64,000 nt of DNA from an uncultured virus (IMG/VR IMGVR_UViG_3300042013_000063) (IMGVR_UViG_3300042013_000063); one strand, 5' to 3'; shown: positions 18,978-29,412, numbered from the stretch's first letter. Numbers and translations: made by a program. The notes: generated by a model not told the origin, from the sequence alone.

Positions 18978-19724
18978 ATGGCTGAACAAAACGAACGCGT
19001 CGAAACGATCTTTGATGATCCGAGCTTGGCGCTCAAAGCTGCAAAAGTTGGTGACATGGAAGGCGAGCCTACCTTACGTCCTAGCGTTTACGAGAACAAC
19101 CCGCGCTTCACCGTGCGGACTCGGGTACCTAACGACCGTAACAACGGCAAGATCGACGCAGCCACGAGCAGCCGCGCGTTCTTCTCCGTGCTCCGTGCAG
19201 TGGAGAAAGTGGCTAACCATGTTGGCCCTACCAAGATCTTCATGGACAACAAAGGCCACCGCTTCGTTGATAAGAAGCGTGACCCGAACCCGTCGCTCAT
19301 GTCCTGCATCATGATCGAGAAGACCGACAACGGTACCATCACACTGACCATCAGTGCTGGTAAGAACCGTCCGTTGATTACCTTCCCGTTCCTGGACTGC
19401 ACCTACCACCAGTTCCGTGGCGCCGATGGCAATCAGATGCAGATCGCCGAAGCTTCACAGCTGTACGCGTTGGGCTGGGTTGACGAACTCCGCATGCTGA
19501 CCCCAATCGTAATCGCCAACGGCTATAAGAAGCCGGCTTGGATGACCCGCAACCAAGGTGGCGGTAACTTCAACGGTGGTGGCGGTGGTAATGGCGGTGG
19601 TGGTAACAACTGGCAGCAGCGTCCGCAGCAACAACAGCAAAGCGCTTATGGCGGTGGTGGTGGTCAGCAGGCAGCTCCGACTGGCGGCAACGACTTCAAC
19701 TTCGACGACGACGTCCCGCTATAG
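18978..19724 (+). CDS. chmC: ChmC-like nucleic-acid-binding protein (phiKZ gp67-like)
   Basis: Beta-rich N-terminal domain, G/N/Q-rich disordered tail, acidic tip FDDDVPL; lies upstream of the gp68-like and picA genes. Confidence 0.7.
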   Translation: MAEQNERVETIFDDPSLALKAAKVGDMEGEPTLRPSVYENNPRFTVRTRVPNDRNNGKIDAATSSRAFFSVLRAVEKVANHVGPTKIFMDNKGHRFVDKKRDPNPSLMSCIMIEKTDNGTITLTISAGKNRPLITFPFLDCTYHQFRGADGNQMQIAEASQLYALGWVDELRMLTPIVIANGYKKPAWMTRNQGGGNFNGGGGGNGGGGNNWQQRPQQQQQSAYGGGGGQQAAPTGGNDFNFDDDVPL

Positions 19725-19734
19725 GAGTTAAGGT

Positions 19735-20160
19735 GTGAAGGATAATGAAGTATGGCGGCGATCACCAAGTGAACCTGAGTTGATGGTTTCTTCTCATGGG
19801 AGAGTCATGGTATCCCCGTACGAACGCCCAATGCCCTATGGTGGCCATCGGTGTTACGGCGGTGTACCAACGACTGGTTCATGGGATGGAAAACGTTATG
19901 TGTACTCCCGTAAGGGACATGCAACCCTTAAAGTTGCACGCTTGATCTGCGAGGCTTTCAATGGTCCGCCAGATCCTGGTCACATGGCTTTACACGAAGA
20001 CGAGAATTCCAGGAACAACAGACCGGGAAATCTCCGATGGGGCACGTGTAAAGAGAATCTCAACTACCCAGGTTACCTCGAATACTGCCATTCCCGAACA
20101 GGGGATGATAGCCCAGCCCGTAAAGGTGCCGTTGCCAAACGCAAACTACTCACACCATGA
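19735..20160 (+). mobile_element. free-standing NUMOD4-HNH homing endonuclease
   Basis: N-terminal EVWR...MVSSHGRV (NUMOD4-like); VARLICEAF...ALHEDENSRNNRPGNLRWGTCKEN (HNH motif); AGGAG RBS overlaps the chmC stop. Confidence 0.85.
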
Positions 20161-20164
20161 ACCC

Positions 20165-20198
20165 AGAGTCACACTGTCCCATGGGACAGTGTGACTCT
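20165..20198. terminator. perfect 34-bp palindrome, probable terminator hairpin
   Basis: AGAGTCACACTGTCCCA|TGGGACAGTGTGACTCT directly after the HNH stop. Confidence 0.7.
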
Positions 20199-20240
20199 AC
20201 CTTTGATCCCTCGGGATCGTAGTGAAAAAAAGATCAGCCC

Positions 20241-20258
20241 TACATTATTGATTTGATA
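20241..20258 (+). promoter_or_regulatory. putative early promoter TACATTAT
   Basis: AAAAAAA-GATCAGCCC-TACATTAT upstream of the gp68-like gene. Confidence 0.7.
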
Positions 20259-20290
20259 TACACATCCATCTAACCGGAGAAGAACCTCAG

Positions 20291-21841
20291 ATGAAGTTCA
20301 TAGTCGATGCTGTCATCAACCGCGGCATCTCAATTATCCGAGTTGATCACGACGATGAAACACCAATGATCATCTCGGCCGGTAATTATTCCTCGGCTGC
20401 TATCATCCCACGTGACACGCTCTTTAAAGAGCTCAACGAATACATCGCCACTTGGTCGGAGGAGCGCCAAGACAAACTGTGGCAGATCTACTCGGCTATC
20501 CATGCCAACCTGTACAACAGCGAGATCAACACCGAAACCCTGACAGAGAACCTGAATGGGTTGGTGGCGGAGATCTACAAGTTGGCCACCTACGAGAACT
20601 TGAAGACATTCGTTTACCGGGCTGACCTTCAGTATCCGGAAGACCTGTCCGAGACCTATCAGGAGTTTGGGCCACGTGGTCGGAACTACCGTGAGCGGAC
20701 CTACATCAAGAACGAGTATCGGGAGCTGGTAGCGCTGGCGCTGGGCTTGCGGTTCATGATCCCAATCTGGGGCATGTACATCTCGCTCATCGTTCCACGC
20801 AACGGTAACTACTATAAAGAGACCGAAGCGGTCGCTTTGTTGGAAGATGCCGGTGTGAAACGCTGGCCTCCGTACGTTCGGATGGAAGAATACGTGGCAG
20901 CCTCGGTTGACGGCGAAGCTTCGCTGTCTACACTGATGGGCGGTCTGTCCAGCGAAGAGATCCCTGATCACTTGCTGGCGTTGGCGTTAGTGCGTAAGAT
21001 TGCCGTGGGGCCGTTGTCGGTGACCCAGGACAAAGACAGTCTGGCACGCATCCTGTTCAACTACGTGACCGGGACACACGGGCGTTTGGACACACGGTTT
21101 ACCGGTGCGTCTGGCCCAATCGTTCCAAAGCGGCTGCGTGGCAATGACGAGGAAGACAACTCCTCTGTCTGGGACATGATGAACCAAACGCAGGAGATCA
21201 CCGACGGTGACCGGATGACCATCGAGGTCTACACCGAGAACCTGGACGTGTTGATCGAACGCACCTGTCCGGACCTGACGCTCAGTCGGGTACAGCAGTG
21301 CATCAGCGCCTGCTCCCGTAATGAAGCGCGAATCGTTGCACCGTTCCAGAAAGCGTTGATCGTGTGGGTAGTGCGGACTATCTCACCGGAAGCGCGGGAA
21401 CTGTTGTCCAAGAAAGCGATCCTTCGCTTGATGGGCTTGGTGCAAGCAACCCTTGACCACTGGGGTTTCCATGAGTTGGCTCTCTTGGTGTCTGCGGAGC
21501 GCATGGCATCCGAGGACGAGGAATCCTTCATGCCGTCGGAGACTCGTAACAAGATCACTCGGGAACAAATGGTCATTCTTAATGAACAGTACCCTTACTA
21601 TCGACAGGAGACAAAGCGCCTCGACCCTACCAAGCGTCGAAACGAAGTCGTGAAAGCCATCGACGACGTAGTTGATCAGATGTCTGGCCACCAGTGGAAG
21701 CCGCTGGCACCCAAGAACATCATCGACAAGATTCCTCTGGTGCAAGCGATGGGCTTCATGTACATCTCGGGTGACATTAAGCAACAGCTCGCAGCCATGA
21801 TCATCCACGTTAACAACCTCATTATCAATAAAGGCAAATGA
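20291..21841 (+). CDS. non-virion RNAP specificity (sigma-like) subunit, phiKZ gp68-like
   Basis: 516 aa, helical; TY..xEY.EL and MIPIWGMYI motifs; position between chmC and picA. Confidence 0.75.
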   Translation: MKFIVDAVINRGISIIRVDHDDETPMIISAGNYSSAAIIPRDTLFKELNEYIATWSEERQDKLWQIYSAIHANLYNSEINTETLTENLNGLVAEIYKLATYENLKTFVYRADLQYPEDLSETYQEFGPRGRNYRERTYIKNEYRELVALALGLRFMIPIWGMYISLIVPRNGNYYKETEAVALLEDAGVKRWPPYVRMEEYVAASVDGEASLSTLMGGLSSEEIPDHLLALALVRKIAVGPLSVTQDKDSLARILFNYVTGTHGRLDTRFTGASGPIVPKRLRGNDEEDNSSVWDMMNQTQEITDGDRMTIEVYTENLDVLIERTCPDLTLSRVQQCISACSRNEARIVAPFQKALIVWVVRTISPEARELLSKKAILRLMGLVQATLDHWGFHELALLVSAERMASEDEESFMPSETRNKITREQMVILNEQYPYYRQETKRLDPTKRRNEVVKAIDDVVDQMSGHQWKPLAPKNIIDKIPLVQAMGFMYISGDIKQQLAAMIIHVNNLIINKGK

Positions 21842-21842
21842 A

Positions 21843-23351
21843 ATGCAAATCCTTGAACTCATTTTTCGGGAAATGAAAGAGTACGACGACCAGATGATTC
21901 GTCCGTACTCGGGGAACGCATCGCCGGGCAACCTGCATGATCTGGAAATCGCTACCGACCACGGCCGTGACTTCTCTCCATCGGCATTGTCCGGTCTTGC
22001 TGGGCGGATCATCCGTCCCATTGCGGAAACCAGCCACCGTGCAGCTATCGCCAGCGGATGGGGCGAAGTGCGCATGATGTTTGCCATGAAGGTGCTGGTA
22101 CGTGAGACTCGTACCTCGCAGCAGATCCACGAGATCAGCGGCTACACCGATCACATGGGCGCCACTAACACCCTGCGTGGTGTGAAGATGGATGAGCGCA
22201 TGTGCATGTACTTCAACTCCGTGACGCGGATTCACCGTTCGATGACGGACACCCCTCGTGGTAGCCGTTGGTTGACCAACATCAACAAGTCGAACCAGAT
22301 CATCAGCAAGCAGTCCAACCCGGACTTCACCTTGGCACGTGGTAGCCAGGGTACGATGACCATGCGTCCAGAAGACTTGATGAGTCGCAACACGACCAAC
22401 GAGATCTTCGCCAAGCGTGCGCGGGCAGAAGGCAGCATGGATCTTCGTGGCGGTTACGCCATGGGCACCATGAAACTGTCCAACCGTTTGAACACCAGTT
22501 CGACCCGCTTCATGTCGCGCTCGATGTCGGCCATTGCCACAGCTGACGCTGGCGATGGACACATCGACGCTTACCAGCACGACCGTGACATCACGAAGAT
22601 CTTTAAAGATGCTCGTGGCCAGGTGCGTGAGGACGGTATCACTACCGACCCAATCTTCGAAGAGCTGAGCGCCGACACCAACATCTTGCACGACGGTTTC
22701 ATCACGTACGGCGAGTTGGTCGAGATGAACAAGGACTTCGACTGGGAAAGCGTACCGGTCTACTTCACCGAGAAGGGCCAGCGCAAGTCTGTCCGTGGCG
22801 ACTATCGTCCATGGAACGGCATGGAGAACGAAGATATTGCTGCCACCATGTTGGTGAACGCTCTGCCGATGTATCTCATCAACCACCAGCTGGCCGCTGT
22901 ATCCTTCACCGCCCGGAACTTCGACAGTCTGGGTGAAATGGTCGCTGTAGCGGATAACGCTGTACCGATCATGGAAGGGCCGAACCTGCGTGAAGTCTTG
23001 CCGGTCTTCGTGCAGCGCCTGGAAAGCGAGATCCTGCTGGACATGCTCCCATGGGAAGGTTGCCAGTTGGACCTTCAGGTGGAAACGGCAATCGCCGGTG
23101 AAACCTACGTCAAGATCTCCCTTGACGGTGGTAACTACGAAGAGTACGTGTTCCCAACCTTCTGTGACTCGGTGGTATCGCCAGTAGTCACCGAAAGCCA
23201 AGAACACATGGACGACATGGCCAGTACTGTCCACCAGATTGCCGAGTCTCTCGGCAGTAGCCTGAACTACGACGACGATACTGATAAACGCAGCAGCAGC
23301 CGCATTATCACAGACTCGCGTGCCCCATCTTCACCTCGACGGTCGTACTAA
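21843..23351 (+). CDS. picA: phage nucleus protein-import factor PicA/Imp1 (phiKZ gp69-like)
   Basis: 502 aa; motifs RPY, IASGW...R..F, GYTDH, YFNS, RPED, PTFCDS..SP; conserved position after the gp68-like gene. Confidence 0.8.
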   Translation: MQILELIFREMKEYDDQMIRPYSGNASPGNLHDLEIATDHGRDFSPSALSGLAGRIIRPIAETSHRAAIASGWGEVRMMFAMKVLVRETRTSQQIHEISGYTDHMGATNTLRGVKMDERMCMYFNSVTRIHRSMTDTPRGSRWLTNINKSNQIISKQSNPDFTLARGSQGTMTMRPEDLMSRNTTNEIFAKRARAEGSMDLRGGYAMGTMKLSNRLNTSSTRFMSRSMSAIATADAGDGHIDAYQHDRDITKIFKDARGQVREDGITTDPIFEELSADTNILHDGFITYGELVEMNKDFDWESVPVYFTEKGQRKSVRGDYRPWNGMENEDIAATMLVNALPMYLINHQLAAVSFTARNFDSLGEMVAVADNAVPIMEGPNLREVLPVFVQRLESEILLDMLPWEGCQLDLQVETAIAGETYVKISLDGGNYEEYVFPTFCDSVVSPVVTESQEHMDDMASTVHQIAESLGSSLNYDDDTDKRSSSRIITDSRAPSSPRRSY

Positions 23352-23381
23352 GGCCGGTTTCTGTTCCACAAGGAGATATCG

Positions 23382-24647
23382 ATGGATATCAATGATGACT
23401 TTTACATCCCGATCCTGTCGGGGCTGGCGATTCAGGATCTGACCGGCACCGGTTACCTGTCTTCGGTAGCGAACCCGGAAAAGCCCCAGGCAGTCACTGT
23501 CAAAGGCAAACGTCTGGTGCTGGCGCTCAAGGAAGTCTTGCGCGCTGGCAAGAAGGATGACCAGATCATCTTCCACCCGATGTCCGAGAACGTCACCCGT
23601 GCTGAGTCCGACGTCATCAAGGCGCTGCGGGACTTCATCCAGTGGCGCAACCAGACTGTGGGCGTGCTGTTGATCACCGAGCTGGGCCGTGTAGCATCCA
23701 CTCCGTCCGAGCACAAGAACTACCCGGCGAAAGCCAAGAAGTACTTGCAGCAAGTGACGGACTTCGACGAGGGTAACTACGTTACTCTCCTGAAGCTGCT
23801 CAAGACCGTCAAGCCTGATCCAGATCGTCGCATCCTCAGCCTGACCTTGCGTCAAGGCTCGAAGACCAAGGACGACGGCGTGGTGCGTAGCTGCCTCGTG
23901 CACTTCCCGATCTTCGAGGACTTCGAGAAGGACGATCTGACGGTGTTCGACACCAAGATGCCTTCGAAGAAAGCCAAGGCGCGTATCGCCAAGCTGTTCG
24001 AGATCGTGTTCGGTGACGAAGAAACCCGCAAGAGCTTCAGCTACGGCTCCCGTAACATGGACGCCCCGTACCTGCATTCGTTGTTGACCGTGCATGCTCG
24101 TTTGGCTGAGCACTTCAACGCGCTGGTGGCGACCCACGCCAAGATCCTGGGCGAAGAACTGACTGCAATGCTGACCACTCCACTGGACTGGGTACCGTTG
24201 CTGGAAGAGTTCTCCACCATGCGTAACCTCATTCCGCCACAAAGCGGCAACGAAGGTGCCATCCGGGTTGATGCACATGCGAAGGACAAAGAGAAGGCGT
24301 CCACGCTCAAGAAAGAAGTGACCCGTGAACTGCTGGCCCCGCCAGTGGATCGCGAGCCAGAACCTGAGCGTAGCCTGCCGTGGGAAGGCGAGCGTGACGA
24401 TACACCAGCCGTTCGTCGCGACCGTGGTGGTCGTGAAGAACGTGAACCGGTACGGGCAGAGCGCTCGGTCGAGAAGAAAGGCATGACCATGGCTGAGTAT
24501 CTGGCAGCCGAACGTGGTGGCGACCGTGACGATGATCGTCGTGGCGGCAGCATCCTGCGTTCTAACCGTGACACTGGTCGCGACTCCGGTCGCAGCAGTG
24601 GTCGTGGTGGGTTGGGTGGCCGCTCAGGCGGTCGCCGGTCGTTCTAA
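23382..24647 (+). CDS. conserved core protein (phiKZ gp70-like) with R/G/D-rich disordered tail
   Basis: AGGAG RBS; FHPMSEN motif; synteny. Confidence 0.7.
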   Translation: MDINDDFYIPILSGLAIQDLTGTGYLSSVANPEKPQAVTVKGKRLVLALKEVLRAGKKDDQIIFHPMSENVTRAESDVIKALRDFIQWRNQTVGVLLITELGRVASTPSEHKNYPAKAKKYLQQVTDFDEGNYVTLLKLLKTVKPDPDRRILSLTLRQGSKTKDDGVVRSCLVHFPIFEDFEKDDLTVFDTKMPSKKAKARIAKLFEIVFGDEETRKSFSYGSRNMDAPYLHSLLTVHARLAEHFNALVATHAKILGEELTAMLTTPLDWVPLLEEFSTMRNLIPPQSGNEGAIRVDAHAKDKEKASTLKKEVTRELLAPPVDREPEPERSLPWEGERDDTPAVRRDRGGREEREPVRAERSVEKKGMTMAEYLAAERGGDRDDDRRGGSILRSNRDTGRDSGRSSGRGGLGGRSGGRRSF

Positions 24648-24648
24648 C

Positions 24649-24684
24649 GGCATAGAGGCAGGGGCCTTCACGGGCCCCTGCCTC
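24649..24684. terminator. hairpin terminator between convergent genes
   Basis: 12-bp stem GAGGCAGGGGCC/GGCCCCTGCCTC preceded by GGCATA. Confidence 0.8.
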
Positions 24685-24692
24685 ACAACCAG

Positions 24693-25034
24693 CTAGATAC
24701 GTTTATTTTGATGCCGGAACAGACTCTTGACCTTCGCGAGCACTTCGGGGTTCGGGAGGATCAACTGTCTGAAGTCTTTGCGCATCTCCGTGGGACACCG
24801 GAAGCCGTTGACCAGCAGCAGGACAACGAAATCTTCGAAGTCGTACTGCAACTCAACCAAGAGCGAGAAGAAGTTGTACTCAAACTTGTAAGCTAGGCCT
24901 GGGTTAACCTCTACCCGCCCGGCCCCATTTTCTTTTAGGTAAGGAACATGAGCACTGATGTAGCGCATGTATTCCTCACTGTGGAACAGGGGATTGCCTG
25001 CTTCAATAGCAAGGCTGTCCAAGAGCGTACTCAT
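24693..25034 (-). CDS. small conserved hypothetical protein
   Basis: 113 aa, GAGGTG RBS on minus strand, terminator downstream. Confidence 0.7.
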   Translation of the reverse strand: MSTLLDSLAIEAGNPLFHSEEYMRYISAHVPYLKENGAGRVEVNPGLAYKFEYNFFSLLVELQYDFEDFVVLLLVNGFRCPTEMRKDFRQLILPNPEVLAKVKSLFRHQNKRI

Positions 25035-25067
25035 TTTGCTACACCTCTGTTAACTAAATCTTAGACA

Positions 25068-25085
25068 TACATTATCAAGGTGTAT
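25068..25085 (+). promoter_or_regulatory. putative early promoter TACATTAT
   Basis: TACATTATCAAGGTGTAT upstream of the nvRNAP beta gene. Confidence 0.7.
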
Positions 25086-25127
25086 TGTCAATCAACCATA
25101 TCCGTTCAACCTAACCGGGAGTCATAG

Positions 25128-27302
25128 ATGTCCGACTATCACAATGTCGAACTCGATCCAGAACTGATGGCCACTTTCGGCCTGAACCCGCTGGCTCGGT
25201 GCATTTCCTCCTCGCGTGCTGCGATGTTTACTGGCAACCTCAGCCAGATGGTCGTGATCAAGAACCCTACGCGCAAACGCCTGATGTCGGGCATGGAGCG
25301 AGAGTTCGGCAAGACCACCTGCTCGATTGAGTTCGAAGACGACGTTGAGATCATCAAGGTGATCCCACGCTTCGCACATACGGCAGGTAAGAACCGCATC
25401 CGCAAGTCTCCCCAAACCGCGGTTATCTACGAGAACTATCACACCAAAGAAATCGGCGTGGTGATGATCACTGACTACAACGTGACTCACCAGCACTTCG
25501 GTACTGAGTTCAAGAAGCACCACGACGTCATTAATCGGATCACCCCCAAGGCCAAGTTCAGCAAGGGCACCAAGATCGCCAGTAGTCCGCTCATCGATGC
25601 TGATGGCAACTACATGTACGGTCGGGAAACCAACGTTCTGATGTCCTCCGACGTGGCAGGGACTGAAGACGGTGTGAAGGCTCGCCGTGGTTACATGGAA
25701 AGTCTGGCACCGACTGGCTTTGAGACGCGGGTCTTTGAGTTCGGTAAGACGCACTACCCGACTAACCAAGCCACCGAGCCCGGTGTGTACCAAGTCTTCC
25801 CTGAACTGGGTGATAAGGTGAACACCAACTGCTTGCTGGTGTCGATGCGCCGGTACGATCCGATCAACGCTGTGTCGAACATGACCGTCGAAGCGTTGCA
25901 GATGCCGGACTACATCTTCGACCGCAAACGTTTCATCCAACACCCTGATGCCGAAGTGGTGGACATCCGGGTAGAACGCAACACCAGCATTAACATCCCG
26001 CCTCTGCCGGTAGGCATGGATGAGCAGCTGTGGAAGTATTACAACGCGGACACCGAGTATTACAAGAAGATCGTGGACTGCTGGAACGACCTGCGCATTA
26101 GCTGTGCCCGTCGTGGCGTTCAGCTGAACTTGGAACCAGAGTTCGGTCGCTTGGTAGTAGAAGGTATTGCTCGTCTGGGCAACGACTACATCCGTCCTGA
26201 CAAGTCCCTTGGCAAGTTCATGGACCACGAGACCAACAAGGTCAACAAACAGTATCGTGGCGTGCCGTTGGATGCATGGCGGGTGGAGATCACCTTCAAG
26301 TACAACTCGATCCCGAACAAGGGCTACAAGATCACTGACATCGACGGCGACAAGTCCGTTGTGGTGGAAGTGGTAGATGACGAAGATATGCCGGTCGATG
26401 AGAACGGTGTGGTAGCGGACATCGTGGTAGACCCGAACTCCCGTTGGAACCGGATGACGCCGGCGTCGCCTGTGGAAATGGCCATTGCTGCATCGGGCCG
26501 GGACTTGGGCAAACGCCTGCAAGCACGCTTCGGCTGGGACAAGAACGCTCAGTTGGAATGGGACGAAGTCGAGTCACGTGTCTTTGACACCCGGAACGAT
26601 GAACTGGTACACGAGTGCTACGCGGAACTGCTCGAGTACTACAAGTGCGTCGCGCCGTTCCAGTACGAGGACTTGACCAACCCAGAGTACCTGGACATGT
26701 TCCCTGATGCGATCCGGACCCACGTAGCCAACGTGATCCATGACCACATGCCTGGGCTGTTCCTGTACTTCCCAACCAACAACCCCGTACACATCCCAAC
26801 GATGCTGCGGGAGATTCAGAACCGCTGGCCCCCATTCATTACCCCGGTACGGTTCCGTGGTCGTGATGGGAAGATGAAGGTCTCCCGTGAATCGATGATG
26901 ATTGCATCGTCGTACTACATCACGCTCGAGAAGACCGCTGAAGATGGCTGGATGGCTTCGGCGTCTGCCAAGCTGCAAGCCTACGGCACCACGGCTCGTC
27001 TGGGTAACCATGACAAGTACGATTCCCCTGGCCGTCCTAACCCGGTACGGAAAGGTGAGTCTGAGATCCGTCTGGAATCTGCCACCTGTGGCGGTGAGTC
27101 CACGGCTGATCGTGCTGATGCCAGTAACAACCCATTGGCGCACAAGTTCATCCTGCGTACGCTGCTAACGCATGAAACACCGACCAACGTTCCGGTGGTA
27201 CTGGACCGTGAAGTGGTTCCACGTGGCGGTCACCGTCCACTGAGCTACTTCCGCCACATCATGAACTGCTCGGGTAAAGAACTGAGCAACGCCCCAGCCT
27301 AA
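25128..27302 (+). CDS. non-virion RNA polymerase beta C-terminal subunit (phiKZ gp71-73-like), uninterrupted
   Basis: SSSRAAMF...SQ, EDG, GYKITDIDGDKSVV, DMPVDENG..ADI...P.S..NRM and GESE motifs of RpoB. Confidence 0.92.
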   Translation: MSDYHNVELDPELMATFGLNPLARCISSSRAAMFTGNLSQMVVIKNPTRKRLMSGMEREFGKTTCSIEFEDDVEIIKVIPRFAHTAGKNRIRKSPQTAVIYENYHTKEIGVVMITDYNVTHQHFGTEFKKHHDVINRITPKAKFSKGTKIASSPLIDADGNYMYGRETNVLMSSDVAGTEDGVKARRGYMESLAPTGFETRVFEFGKTHYPTNQATEPGVYQVFPELGDKVNTNCLLVSMRRYDPINAVSNMTVEALQMPDYIFDRKRFIQHPDAEVVDIRVERNTSINIPPLPVGMDEQLWKYYNADTEYYKKIVDCWNDLRISCARRGVQLNLEPEFGRLVVEGIARLGNDYIRPDKSLGKFMDHETNKVNKQYRGVPLDAWRVEITFKYNSIPNKGYKITDIDGDKSVVVEVVDDEDMPVDENGVVADIVVDPNSRWNRMTPASPVEMAIAASGRDLGKRLQARFGWDKNAQLEWDEVESRVFDTRNDELVHECYAELLEYYKCVAPFQYEDLTNPEYLDMFPDAIRTHVANVIHDHMPGLFLYFPTNNPVHIPTMLREIQNRWPPFITPVRFRGRDGKMKVSRESMMIASSYYITLEKTAEDGWMASASAKLQAYGTTARLGNHDKYDSPGRPNPVRKGESEIRLESATCGGESTADRADASNNPLAHKFILRTLLTHETPTNVPVVLDREVVPRGGHRPLSYFRHIMNCSGKELSNAPA

Positions 27303-27309
27303 CCCTGTA

Positions 27310-27331
27310 CACGTGGGGAGCAATCCCCACG
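27310..27331 (+). other. intergenic hairpin with GCAA tetraloop
   Basis: ACGTGGGGA-GCAA-TCCCCACGT, no U-tract. Confidence 0.6.
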
Positions 27332-27357
27332 TCACCCAACATCGTAGAGGAGCATCC

Positions 27358-29379
27358 ATGCGCCGCATCACTGCACGCGACTTCATGAATATGGACGTCT
27401 TGGGTAATTGGCCCTTGCCGGACGAGAAGCTCGAGATCGAATTCGACGATGGGATCATGGTGACCAACACTCGCCGTACCATCGTCAGCTGGTTCTGCTG
27501 GGAACTGCACCGTCAATTCCCGTTGACCCCGATCTACATGCGTCACCACATCGGCAATGCGTTCTTCACTGCGCAAGCCACGCTGGTTGCCATGAGCAAC
27601 ATCATCCGAGACCTGCACTACGCGTACTTCGATCCCACGATGTCCGACCACCAGGAAACCTCGTACGACCGTGAGTTTGCATGGAAAACCATCGCTCGCG
27701 TCGAGAACGAGATCTACAACCACCTGAGCATCAATCTGGAGGAGTGGCACACTTCCACGAACGCGTTCCACTTGCTGGAGCTGTACGATCACCCGGCCAT
27801 GAAAGAGGCACGTGAGGCTATCAAGCCGAACCAGCTTGCGATCACCCGTGCGTACGAGCGTTCGTCAGAGATCCTGATGAAAGATCCAACGCTGCTGCAC
27901 AACCCGATTGTACGGGGCCTGCGCAGCAAGCAGATCAAACTGACACAGATGCTTCAGATCCTTGTCTGCCGGGGTTACCTCACAGACATCGACCAGATCA
28001 TCTTCCGTAAGCCAATCACCGTGGGCTTCTTCGAAGGCCTGACGACGATGCACGACATCATGATCGAGTCGTGCTCGGCGAAGAAAGCGTTGATCTCCAC
28101 CAAGAAGCCTCTGCGTATCGTAGAGTACTTCAACCGGAAGATGCAGCTTAGTACCGTTGTGGTGCACACGCTGCTGTGGAAGGATTGCAAGTCCGAGCGT
28201 TACGCCTCCATCCACGTCGACCCTGGCATGTTCCGCAGTCTGGAAGGGAAGTTCTACCTGACCAACAAAGGACAGTTGTCTCCAATCACGGAGTTCGACC
28301 GTCACTTGATCGGCCAGACCATCCAGATCCGCAGCGCCATGTTCTGCAATCACCGGGGCGAAGGTGCTGTCTGCCGGGTCTGCTTCGGCGAGAACGCATG
28401 GTCTGTACCGAACCGTACCAACATCGGCCACGTCTGCTCCACCGAGATGTGCCACGAAGGTTCGCAGTTGGTTCTGTCGACTAAGCATTACGACGGCAGC
28501 TCCGTGGTAGATGAGATCATCATCAGCGACCATGATGCGGACTACATCTGTGTGGCCATGCCTGACCTGAACAATCAGGAATCGGACAACACGGACAGCT
28601 CGGCAATCAAATTCAACCCACGCCTGTCGAAGATGGAACCGGTACTGATCCTCGAATCACGTGCACGTCCACCCGTAGACAACGCTTCCGGTCTGCCGTC
28701 GATCACGCCACACACGGCGATCGAACACCTGTCCATCCACCGGGTGACCAGCTTCAGGGAAGTCCAGATCCGTGTACGCAACCTGCGGAACGAAGAGTAC
28801 ACTGCTCACGTCTCCGTCAGCCAAGGCGCACGTCTGGGGGCATTGTCCAAACCAATGCTGCGCTACATCCAGGAAAATGGCTACACCGTGATGGAAGACG
28901 GCAAGTTCATGGTTGACCTGAAGGACTGGAACTTCGACGAGGTTGTGTTTGGCCTCCCGATGCGTCACTCCAACATGCTGGACTACATGTCCGAGATCGA
29001 ACACTTCATTCGCTCCCCGAGCAAGAAGGACGATCAGCGTGTCAGCACCGTGAGAAAATTGAAAAGCTATACTGATCCTGTGGAAGCTCTTATCGATTTC
29101 CACGACTTGGTCAGTTCCAAGCTCAGCGTAAACATCTGCCACTTGGAAGTCATCTTGCTCAGCTTGATGCGTCCAGCCGATGATCCGGACGATTACTGCC
29201 TGCCGGACATTGAATGTGAAAGCATGTTCGAAGAGCATGGTACGCTCATGGCTATGCGTTCTGCTGGCGGCTTGCTTGCCTACGAACGTCAACCTGACAC
29301 GATCGACAACGTCGACTCGTATCTCATCAAGAAGCGTCCGCCGCACGTGCTCGATCCATTCGTACACGTCAGCGAGTAA
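27358..29379 (+). CDS. non-virion RNA polymerase beta' C-terminal subunit (phiKZ gp74-like)
   Basis: GAGGAG RBS; bridge-helix-like EYFNRKMQL, DC, IRSAMFC...VCRVCFG Zn site, SQLVLSTKH trigger-loop region. Confidence 0.92.
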   Translation: MRRITARDFMNMDVLGNWPLPDEKLEIEFDDGIMVTNTRRTIVSWFCWELHRQFPLTPIYMRHHIGNAFFTAQATLVAMSNIIRDLHYAYFDPTMSDHQETSYDREFAWKTIARVENEIYNHLSINLEEWHTSTNAFHLLELYDHPAMKEAREAIKPNQLAITRAYERSSEILMKDPTLLHNPIVRGLRSKQIKLTQMLQILVCRGYLTDIDQIIFRKPITVGFFEGLTTMHDIMIESCSAKKALISTKKPLRIVEYFNRKMQLSTVVVHTLLWKDCKSERYASIHVDPGMFRSLEGKFYLTNKGQLSPITEFDRHLIGQTIQIRSAMFCNHRGEGAVCRVCFGENAWSVPNRTNIGHVCSTEMCHEGSQLVLSTKHYDGSSVVDEIIISDHDADYICVAMPDLNNQESDNTDSSAIKFNPRLSKMEPVLILESRARPPVDNASGLPSITPHTAIEHLSIHRVTSFREVQIRVRNLRNEEYTAHVSVSQGARLGALSKPMLRYIQENGYTVMEDGKFMVDLKDWNFDEVVFGLPMRHSNMLDYMSEIEHFIRSPSKKDDQRVSTVRKLKSYTDPVEALIDFHDLVSSKLSVNICHLEVILLSLMRPADDPDDYCLPDIECESMFEEHGTLMAMRSAGGLLAYERQPDTIDNVDSYLIKKRPPHVLDPFVHVSE

Positions 29380-29386
29380 CCCACGC

Positions 29387-29412
29387 ATGCCAGGGTGGAA
29401 ACGCCCTGGCAT
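29387..29412 (+). terminator. putative terminator hairpin
   Basis: ATGCCAGGGTG-GAAA-CGCCCTGGCAT. Confidence 0.6.

Noticed and set aside
19555..19665. GGT/GGC and CAG/CAA repeats as a repeat array or CRISPR
   Set aside because: Low-complexity coding for the Gly/Gln linker; no repeat-spacer structure seen anywhere in the window.
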